From positions 130,551-194,550 of the forward strand of contig JAZUBT010000007.1 of assembly GCA_045638685.1 (NCBI GenBank): a DNA stretch of 64,000 bases, written 5' to 3'. The DNA is from Eubacteriales bacterium (lineage in GTDB: Bacteria > Bacillota > Clostridia > Oscillospirales > CAG-272). The translations under genes and the position numbers were made by a program. Below, piece after piece: positions 18,221 through 26,300 of this stretch. How positions within the stretch are numbered: the first letter of the stretch is position 1; the number at the start of each line of letters is the position of its first letter. The notes under the pieces are model-generated. The model ran no database searches and had not been told where the DNA came from. It worked only from the letters and a program-made list of their open reading frames with translations.

Positions 18221-20968
18221 ATGCCAAAAAATTTTAATGGTCTCACCGAGGAGGAGGCGCTCCTTTCCCAAAAAGAACACGGATATAATCATCTTACCGT
18301 AAAAAAGGGAACCTCTTTTTTCAAAAAACTGATAAACAATTTTGGAGATCCGATAATCAAAATCCTTCTTTTTGCGCTTTTAATTACCGTCTTGCTTCCC
18401 GGTGGCGAGGGCTCGGTTTTTGAAACTGTCGGAATTGCCGCTACAATACTTATTTCAACCTTTGTTTCAACACTGAGTGAGCACGGCAGCGAAAAAGCGT
18501 TTCGACGTATGCAAAACGAGGCAAGGGTGCAGAAGTGCACTGTTATCAGGGGCGGTATGCATACCGTTATACCGATAGAAAACGTGGCTAAGGGTGATGT
18601 CGTTTGCCTTTTTTCCGGCGAAAAAATCCCTGCTGACGGAGTTATTTTAGACGGCTCCGTTTCCTGCGACGAATCGGCTCTGACCGGCGAAAGCAGGGAA
18701 ATTGAAAAAAACGCTTCGGACAGTCCGGAAAAAGAGGGAGATTTGGTTTTCAGAGGCAGCACGGTTACCGCCGGTGAGGCTATAATGTCGGTTACTGCTG
18801 TCGGAGACGGTACTTACTACGGTCATATGGCAAGTGAAGTTCAGTACGACAGCGGTAAAAGTCCCCTTAAAGAGAGACTTTCCGTTCTTGCCAAAACACT
18901 CAGCCGTTTTGGATATTTCTGCGCTGCCTGTGTCGCTGTTGTTTATCTTATAAACGCGTTTTTCCTCACTCCCTCATTCGTTTTCTCCCCTACCGGTATT
19001 TTTACCGAAATAATCCATGCCGCTACTCTTGCCGTTTCCGTTGTGGTTGTTGCAGTTCCGGAGGGACTGCCCATGATGATAACCGTGGTTCTTTCCTCCA
19101 ATATGCTTCGTATGCAAAAGGAGCATATTCAGGTCAGAAAACCCGTGGGTATAGAAACTGCGGGAAGTATAAACATACTCTTTACAGACAAAACCGGCAC
19201 TCTCACCTACGGTACTCCGACGGCGGCGGGTTATATAACCGGCGATTTGTCTAAAGCCGGACGCTGCTCGGACCTTTCAAAAAGCATTCGCTTTTTGCTC
19301 GGCGCTGCCGCGGTACTAACCTCCGACTGCATTATTGAAAATCCGTTTTCTCATAAATCAAGGCGCGTTCTCGGCGGAAATACCACCGACCGCGCAGTGC
19401 TTAACGGATATTTCTCCGCGGGAGAATATCCGAAAGGTCCTACGCCAATATGTAAGCTAAGCTTTGACAGTAAGATAAAGCTCGCCGCCGTCGCCGCGGA
19501 CGTTTCGGGAGTGCCGGACTCGGAAATAAAGCTTGGTAGCACCCTTACTTTCATAAAGGGCGCGCCCGAAATTCTTTTAGAAAAATGCACCGGGTACTAC
19601 GCGCCCGACGGAACTGTCAAAAAAATAAACAAGGCGCCCCTAAAAGCAGAGCTTGACAAAATCACCGCAAAAGGAACCAGAGTAATAGCGGTTGTAACGT
19701 CCGATGCCGAGCCTTTCGCCGTAGGAGGGCTGATTAAAGAGGTAAAGGAAAGCGAAAGCCCAAGACTTGCTCCTCTTTTTTCAAATGTCAACTTTGTATG
19801 CTTCATAGCTATAAAAGACGAGCTTCGCAGAGAATCTCCGAAAGCTATAAAGACGTTAACCGATGCAGGTATTCAGGTTGTAATGGTAACCGGAGACAGC
19901 TCGGCAACTGCGACAGCCATCGCAAAAGAGGCGGGTATATTAAAATCTCATGAAGACAACACGGTTATTGAAAGCTCGGAGCTTAATAAAATGAGCGACA
20001 GTGAGGTTGCCCGTATTCTCCCGCGTCTTCGTGTTGTTGCAAGAGCCCTTCCAACGGATAAAAGCCGTCTCGTAAGAATAGCTAAGGAATCGGGGCTTAT
20101 AACCGGAATGACGGGAGACGGAATAAACGACGCTCCCGCTTTAAAGCACGCCGACGTCGGGTTTGCTATGGGAAGCGGTACAGAGGTTGCCAAGGAAGCG
20201 GGCGACATTATAATAACCGATAATAACATTGCCTCAATAGTAAAAGCCGTGCTTTACGGAAGAACAATCTTCCGTTCTATACGTAAGTTTATAGTTTTCC
20301 AGCTTACAATGAATCTCTCCGCTGTCGGAATAAGTATAATAGGACCCTTTATCAGCTTTGAAAACCCGGTTACAGTTATTCAGATGCTATGGATAAATAT
20401 AATAATGGATACGCTTGCGGCTATTGCCTTTGCGGGAGAAGCACCGAGACGGTTCTTTATGAAGGAGCCCCCTATCCCCAAAAACGAGCCTGTGCTAAAC
20501 GGAGATATGATAACTAAAATTTTCGTTATGGGAACATATACCGTTATGCTCTGCCTTTTCTTCCATCAAAGCGCGTTTATCCGTAATATTTTCGGAAATG
20601 CCGACAACGCTTCCGCTTTTCTGTCCGGATTTTTTGCCTTATTCGTTTTTTCGGGAATTTTTGGAGCGTTCAATGCCCGCGCATCAAGACTTAATATTTT
20701 TTCCGGACTTCCCGAAAACCCCGTGTTTATAACAGTAATTTCCCTTATTTTCTCCGTACAGATGGCTATTATCTACTACGGTGGTGAGATTTTCCGCTCA
20801 GCCCCCCTAACCTTTTCACAGCTTAGAATTGTAATTTTACTTGCCTTTACAGTAATCCCCGCCGGCAGAATTTTGGAAATTATAATGAAGGCGGGTAAAA
20901 AGGAAATAAAAATTAAAAGCGGAGAACCGTCCATTCTTACTGCTAATTTTCACGTCGTAAGAAAATAA
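18221..20968 (+). CDS. P-type (PMCA/SERCA-like) calcium-translocating ATPase
   Basis: 915 aa. Motifs DKTGTLT (phosphorylation site), MVTGDS, TGDGINDAPALKHADVG. N-terminal cation-ATPase-N-like segment and about 10 TM helices. Confidence 0.85.
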   Translation: MPKNFNGLTEEEALLSQKEHGYNHLTVKKGTSFFKKLINNFGDPIIKILLFALLITVLLPGGEGSVFETVGIAATILISTFVSTLSEHGSEKAFRRMQNEARVQKCTVIRGGMHTVIPIENVAKGDVVCLFSGEKIPADGVILDGSVSCDESALTGESREIEKNASDSPEKEGDLVFRGSTVTAGEAIMSVTAVGDGTYYGHMASEVQYDSGKSPLKERLSVLAKTLSRFGYFCAACVAVVYLINAFFLTPSFVFSPTGIFTEIIHAATLAVSVVVVAVPEGLPMMITVVLSSNMLRMQKEHIQVRKPVGIETAGSINILFTDKTGTLTYGTPTAAGYITGDLSKAGRCSDLSKSIRFLLGAAAVLTSDCIIENPFSHKSRRVLGGNTTDRAVLNGYFSAGEYPKGPTPICKLSFDSKIKLAAVAADVSGVPDSEIKLGSTLTFIKGAPEILLEKCTGYYAPDGTVKKINKAPLKAELDKITAKGTRVIAVVTSDAEPFAVGGLIKEVKESESPRLAPLFSNVNFVCFIAIKDELRRESPKAIKTLTDAGIQVVMVTGDSSATATAIAKEAGILKSHEDNTVIESSELNKMSDSEVARILPRLRVVARALPTDKSRLVRIAKESGLITGMTGDGINDAPALKHADVGFAMGSGTEVAKEAGDIIITDNNIASIVKAVLYGRTIFRSIRKFIVFQLTMNLSAVGISIIGPFISFENPVTVIQMLWINIIMDTLAAIAFAGEAPRRFFMKEPPIPKNEPVLNGDMITKIFVMGTYTVMLCLFFHQSAFIRNIFGNADNASAFLSGFFALFVFSGIFGAFNARASRLNIFSGLPENPVFITVISLIFSVQMAIIYYGGEIFRSAPLTFSQLRIVILLAFTVIPAGRILEIIMKAGKKEIKIKSGEPSILTANFHVVRK

Positions 20969-21043
20969 CCGATGTAGGAAAAATCTCCCGCAAACAGCTG
21001 TTTCGGAATACCCTCATCATGTTTAATTCCATTAAATCAAAAT

Positions 21044-21080
21044 AAAAAACGCCGCTCCTTCCGGAACGGCGTTTTCTGTT
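21044..21080. terminator. bidirectional terminator between the ATPase gene and rpmE
   Basis: aacgccg (21048-21054) pairs with cggcgtt (21067-21073). An A-run precedes it and a T-run follows. Confidence 0.7.
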
Positions 21081-21083
21081 ATT

Positions 21084-21293
21084 TTACTTTCCGACTGCTT
21101 CAAGACGGCGTCTGAACTTATCAACGCGTCCGCCTGCGTCAACGAACTTCTGCTTTCCGGTAAAGAACGGATGGCACTTAGAGCAGATATCTACGCGGAT
21201 CTCGGAACCCTTTGTGGAACGGGTTACGAAGGTCTCTCCGCATGCGCATATTACCTTTGCTTCAACGTAATCGGGATGAATTGCTTCCTTCAT
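21084..21293 (-). CDS. rpmE: 50S ribosomal protein L31 (Cys-containing type A)
   Basis: 69 aa: [22 protein letters not shown]...[27 protein letters not shown]. Confidence 0.95.
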   Translation of the reverse strand: MKEAIHPDYVEAKVICACGETFVTRSTKGSEIRVDICSKCHPFFTGKQKFVDAGGRVDKFRRRLEAVGK

Positions 21294-21440
21294 TATCTTC
21301 CATAGTACAAAACAATTAAAAATGATTCGCGGGATTTTGCCCGTTTAACTGTTTTTAACGGTTGTACGTCCTCCTTTCAGACAATTATCTCTTTGCCGCC
21401 AGAAACACCGTGCGATATTCTATAACGGCTTAACATTATT

Positions 21441-21469
21441 ATTGTATCATAAAAATATACAAAAATCAA
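21441..21469 (-). promoter_or_regulatory. putative promoter for rpmE
   Basis: On the minus strand: TTGATT (21464-21469), 17-nt spacer, TACAAT (21441-21446). This leaves a leader of about 140 nt. Confidence 0.4.
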
Positions 21470-21493
21470 TATGTTCTTAAAAAGTTTACAACT

Positions 21494-21928
21494 TTATTTT
21501 TTATCGTTTTTAAAAAGCTTTTTTATCCGGCTACGAATAAAAATAATTCCGGCCCTTAGGTAGAAAAAGTCGCAAATTAAATGAACGTATAACCTATATT
21601 TAAAGCTTCTCTCGGAAATGTACTTTTCGTTTTTGTAATAACCGTTCATTACGCCTACTATCCATTCCTTTGGCACCCTTTCACGGCTATATCTGTTGTC
21701 TCCGCACGTTATAACAATATCTTTTTTGACCTTTAATATCCTATGAAGCACGTATTGTCCGTCAGGACGTCTATAAAGCGGCAGGTCGTATCTTTTCAAA
21801 GGACGGGTGGGCCTTACTATCTCTACAATATTTTTTCTGTTCCTTAGCATCGGCTCCATGCTGTCTCCAACAGTCGTTTGAAAGTGTTTTCCGTTTTCTT
21901 CTAAAAGCTCTTCAATACTTTTACTCAT
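21494..21928 (-). CDS. S24/S26 (LexA / signal-peptidase-like) serine peptidase with C-terminal hydrophobic helix
   Basis: 144 aa. GDSMEPML motif near the N-terminus and a C-terminal hydrophobic segment LYVHLICDFFYLRAGIIFI. Its start overlaps the PqqD-like gene end by 8 nt. Confidence 0.7.
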   Translation of the reverse strand: MSKSIEELLEENGKHFQTTVGDSMEPMLRNRKNIVEIVRPTRPLKRYDLPLYRRPDGQYVLHRILKVKKDIVITCGDNRYSRERVPKEWIVGVMNGYYKNEKYISERSFKYRLYVHLICDFFYLRAGIIFIRSRIKKLFKNDKK

Positions 21929-22187
21929 CGAGCAGACCGGCTTTTCTTATTTTTTCTATAATATTTCGCACGTCCCCCGTCGCCGTTTCCTCGTCAACGT
22001 CATACCTTTCAAGTATAGCTTCAACAAGCTGCCTTTCGGTTTTATCCTCGGTAAGCTGACGGAATATAAAATCCGCCGTCTTGTTATTACGGATAAATCC
22101 GTTAAACAGCTTACTCGACTCTCCTGTGGCAACGGCTATATATCCGTCTCCTGCCTTCTCCATTACAACTCCGTTTTTAAGCTTCAT
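21921..22187 (-). CDS. PqqD-family protein (RiPP recognition element-like)
   Basis: 88 aa. Pattern FIRNNKTADFIFRQLTEDKTERQLVEAILERYDVDEETATGDVRNIIEKIRKAGLL is typical of PqqD-like peptide chaperones. Confidence 0.75.
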   Translation of the reverse strand: MKLKNGVVMEKAGDGYIAVATGESSKLFNGFIRNNKTADFIFRQLTEDKTERQLVEAILERYDVDEETATGDVRNIIEKIRKAGLLDE

Positions 22188-22261
22188 GTTTTTCGTTTGT
22201 TCCTTTCGCTACTTTATATTAACGTTACCGAATAGCTCTCAATATGCTACTGAACATCAGT

Positions 22262-22966
22262 CTATCCGAATATTCCCTTCTGCGCAACCTGCGCCGCCTC
22301 AACGGAAATATTACATTTCATTTTATACATAGATACGCTTTCTGCAAAAAGATTAATAAATCTTAAAGCGGCTACCGCTCCTGCCGGCTCGCTCGGACGG
22401 TGTGTCTGTGCAAAAAGCACTTGATATCCTTCGTTAAACGACAGCTTTTCGAGACTGTTTTCCACCGCACGCTCAATAACTACCACCGCTTTAACTTTTA
22501 CGCTTGTATTTGTTTCTATTCCGTGCTTACCGCACCACGGAGTACCGTACACGTATATTCCGTCGTCCTTTACCTTAAGCAAAGGCTTATCGTCGTTTAT
22601 AACGGTAACACGCTCGCCGAAGCCTTCGCGCCACAGTCTCGTATGGGTAGATTTTCCAGTTCCGCTCGGCGCTGTGAAAAGCACCCCTGCTCCGTCAAAC
22701 GCAATCGCGGAGCAATGAAAAAGAAAGGTATTTTCCTTTGCAAGCAGCGCACATATTTTTCTGTAAATCGCAAGGCTTTCAAGATATGCCGGCGGATATT
22801 TTATCTGCTCCGTGTCCTCTTTCAGTATCTCTTCCTTTGTAACCTCTACAGCAGTAGCGTTTACTGCAAGCTCCTCGGAGACGCTATAACCTTCGCACAG
22901 CTTTTTTACGTATTCGAATTTGTTTTTTACCGCAAAAACGCGGTCAGCTATTTTAAGAAAAAACAT
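22262..22966 (-). CDS. HPr-kinase-C-terminal-like P-loop protein (HprK-related kinase family)
   Basis: 234 aa. GAGVLFTAPSGTGKSTHTRLW resembles the HprK/PEPCK-like P-loop. GGAGG RBS upstream. Confidence 0.6.
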   Translation of the reverse strand: MFFLKIADRVFAVKNKFEYVKKLCEGYSVSEELAVNATAVEVTKEEILKEDTEQIKYPPAYLESLAIYRKICALLAKENTFLFHCSAIAFDGAGVLFTAPSGTGKSTHTRLWREGFGERVTVINDDKPLLKVKDDGIYVYGTPWCGKHGIETNTSVKVKAVVVIERAVENSLEKLSFNEGYQVLFAQTHRPSEPAGAVAALRFINLFAESVSMYKMKCNISVEAAQVAQKGIFG

Positions 22967-23003
22967 TACCGCTCGCCTCCGTTATAATTTAACTTATATG
23001 TTT

Positions 23004-23032
23004 ATTATATATCATTCTGTTTTTAAAGACAA
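23004..23032 (-). promoter_or_regulatory. putative promoter of the HprK-like/PqqD/S24 operon
   Basis: On the minus strand: TTGTCT (23027-23032), 17-nt spacer, TATAAT (23004-23009), about 38 nt upstream of the start codon. Confidence 0.45.
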
Positions 23033-23186
23033 GGGATATTTGTAAATTTTTCGAACGTGTGCCGATAACCTCGCGCTGTTCCCTATCACGTTGCCCAACA
23101 CCTTCTCCATAACTCAGCGTTGCTTACTCTACTGCAAGTGTTAAATAAGGCTCCCGCTTACTCACTACTGCATATGTCAAAAAACC

Positions 23187-23247
23187 TTTATTCATATTGC
23201 AAATATCAAAAAAAGAACTGTTTATTCATATTGCAAATATCAAAAAA
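23187..23247. repeat. perfect 27-bp tandem direct repeat (two copies, 34-bp period)
   Basis: tttattcatattgcaaatatcaaaaaa occurs at 23187-23213 and again at 23221-23247. Confidence 0.95.
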
Positions 23248-23292
23248 TTCGGGGCGTAGTTTGCTTTAAACTGCGCCCCGAATCGGTTTTTT
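23247..23292. terminator. bidirectional terminator downstream of the 1687-aa gene
   Basis: attcggggcg (23247-23256) pairs with cgccccgaat (23274-23283). T-runs follow on both strands. Confidence 0.75.
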
Positions 23293-23322
23293 GTTATTTT
23301 ACACCTTTGATTTAAACCTTAA

Positions 23323-26300
23323 TTACTCGGCTTCGACAGAAGCAAGGAACGCTTCGACAGCTTCGTTATATTTGTATATAGCTCTCATAAGGTTTTTCTT
23401 CATAAGGCTCTCGTTGTCGGTAGCGTTATTGGATACCCACTGGTTCCTTGCAACCGCAACCGCGCTGGTTTTAAGAGAAATTCCAAATCCGCTTTTATGC
23501 ATTGCGGTAATGGTGATCTCTTTATCAAGCTCGCTTGCATTAACCTCAGCCTCAACAGCAAGAAGTCCGTTTTCGGTCAACTGCGCTTTAACCTCTTCTC
23601 CGTTTACATAGAACTTAAATTCAGAAGGAACGGTTCCGGGAACGAAGTTAACCTTAATATTCATCGCCTCACCAAAGCTGAACGTAATATTTTCAGAGGT
23701 GTTTTCAAGCCATATATAGGTGCTTTGAGTGTTATTTTCAATAAATTCCCAACGTATGTCGCAATCAGAGGGGAACAATACCTTATCTCCATCGATCTCG
23801 GCTTCGAGCTCGGAATCCTCTATTTCGGTGGGATTACCTTCGCCGTAAACAAGCTTGTTTACGTTTTTCGTATATTCGTCAAACGCCTTTACAAGGTTAA
23901 TTACCTCTTCGGTAAATACCTCGTCCGGAGTAGAAAGTCCCGCAACGTATTTAATGTAATCTTCGATCTTGTACTCGTAGGAAGAGCCGTAGTGTCCGTC
24001 TGCTCTTACGTAGCGAATCTTTACAACAGAGTCAGTAGCGTTAGGAGCTACCGAAATTGCAACCTTTCTATAAGTCTTTTCGCCAACGGTTACCTGCTCA
24101 AGCTCGGTAATAGGAGTTTTCACGGTTGTCTCACCGATAAATGCGCTTCTGCGTCCTATTTCAATCTCACCCTCAGTGCCGGTTACGTCAAGATAGAATA
24201 TAACGTTTACACTCTTTCCTAACGAAATGCTATATCCGTAAACAGAGGTTACTCCGTCTGCCTTAACGCCATTTTCACAGCAGGTTGCTATACCCTTTAC
24301 GTGGGTTTCGTGTATATTGGGGTTAAGTTCCGTTTTACGGGTTTTCTCTTTTCCACACTTTTTGCAGGTGGACTTTTCTTCTCCTTCTGTCTTACAAGTT
24401 GCAAGCTTGGTTACAACATATTCACCGTAATCGTGAGCATTCGCATCTGCGCAGATAACTTTGCCGTATCCGTCAATATCAAAGCTGTAAACCGCTCCGG
24501 TATTAGGATCCTCGAACCTGCCGTTCTGGACAGAAACGCCGTTTGCATCGGTGTAAAGATAAACCTTTTCTCCGTCCTTTTCTCCTGCCTCAACAAGTCC
24601 GGATTTGATAACACCGTTTTCAAACATCTTATATGAGTAAATCGCATCGCCGAGCTTATTAAATCCGTTCAATACGCGCTCGATACCGTTTGTCTTGCCG
24701 ATAAGCTTGCCATCAGTATCAAACTTGTACCATACTCCGTTAACAGAGTAAATTCCGGTTACAAGCTTTGCGGTATTCGGGGTTGCGTAGTAATCGCCCG
24801 CATCAGGCTCTGCGCCGCTATTATTCTCGTCAATCCAGCCGACCTGCGCAACACCATTCTTATAATAGTATCCGTCTGCGGAAATACCGTCCTCCACTCC
24901 GGCATTAATTACAAGTCTTACAACCTTTAAAAGCTTTATCGAGTCAACCTTAACACCGGTTATATAACTGCTGTTAGCCGCGGTGTCAGAAATAAGACCG
25001 AGCCAGTCAATATCGTACTTTCCGTTATCTACAACCGGTATTTCAAGAGTATTCCAGCCGGCAGAAAGCTCTGCAAGGCTTCCGCTCATTGCTTCTGTAA
25101 CGTTTGCGGTTCTGACGTAGAAGGTGTCGCCGTAGCTCTTGCCAACAACGTCGTCGGTATCGTAGTAAACTACGTCTATTTCTCCTCCGCGGCCGTTTTC
25201 AACCGTGAAGGCTACCTCTGCCGCCGAAGCTACCTCCGCGCCTTCGGGAAGAACAGCGTTGTCAACAAAGTAGGTTCCGTCGCCAAATTTATAGTTATTT
25301 TCTTCAAGCCACGTTACCTTATAGAAGCGCTGAGTCTCACCGAGATAAATCTTAAACGCCGAGGTGGGCTTATTCGTTTCGGGGAGATAAATATTAAGTC
25401 TTATAAATTCATAATCGTTCTGCGTGAAGTAAAGGTTATTAAAAGTTACCGCGAATATTTCCTGTGCATTTGCCTTATTTCCAAGCACTCCGTATCCAAA
25501 GGATCCGTCTTGTACGCCGTTAAAGCTAACGGTGTACTCAGCATCCGTGCTTACGGAAGCATCATCACTGCTAACCGTGTGAACAACACCGTTCTCGTTA
25601 GCCATATAGTTTTTTCCACCCTCGTCAGCAAAAGTAACAAATCCGTTTCTCGCTGCAACCGGAAGTCCTTTATCGTAGTATCTCATTACTCCGTTTTCGG
25701 AAACGAAGCCCTGTCTAATATCGGACGTCTTTACAGCCGTGAGCGTTTGGTCGCTTGTAAGAGCAATCTCTCCACCAACCATCGTGTAGAACTGCTGCGG
25801 CTTCGCGGAAAGATACATATATATATCTTTAACGAAAACCGAGCTGTCCGCGTTTTTGAACGAAAGGTATTTTATGGTTTCAATGTGTGTCATATCATAC
25901 CCTGACGTAAAGGTGGAAACGAGAACGCCGTTCGCATATACGTCTGCGGTCATTTTCTCGCTGCTACCGGTTTTCGGGGTATGAATTACAACGGACAGTC
26001 TGGTAAATTCGTTTTTGCTGAGCTTAAAGAGCTTCACTGTAGAGTTATTATAATCGTAAACCCAGCCTTCTTTGTCAAGACGAAGGAGCGAGAAATATTT
26101 ATTTCCGCTATCGCCGTTTATCTTTCCTATTATATCAAAGAGCTGAACCTCCGTTGCCTGAACCTCAGACAAGCGCTCGTCAAGCATAAGGTCGAGCTCA
26201 AGAACAACGTCGGCATCCTTCTGGTATTCCGTAGGAAGTGCAATTTGCGACCAAGAGTTGGTGTCGGCGCCGGCATCCGCATCGTCATAGAACGAGGTGT

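Noticed and set aside
21294-21440. Strong Shine-Dalgarno-like AAAGGAGGA with no start codon in the rpmE leader
   Set aside because: No ATG/GTG/TTG lies at a suitable distance with an ORF. It may be part of a leader structure, but I cannot support a specific regulatory element.
23012-23110. 32-aa minus-strand ORF (MEKVLGNVIGNSARLSAHVRKIYKYPLSLKTE) considered as a precursor peptide for the PqqD/kinase/peptidase operon
   Set aside because: It has a weak RBS and no Ser/Thr/Cys-rich core. It overlaps the predicted -35/-10 of the operon promoter, so it would not be co-transcribed. It is kept only as something to test, not as a feature.
23187-23247. CRISPR array
   Set aside because: Only two copies of a 27-bp AT-rich repeat separated by 7 bp, with no spacers of CRISPR length and no cas genes in the window.
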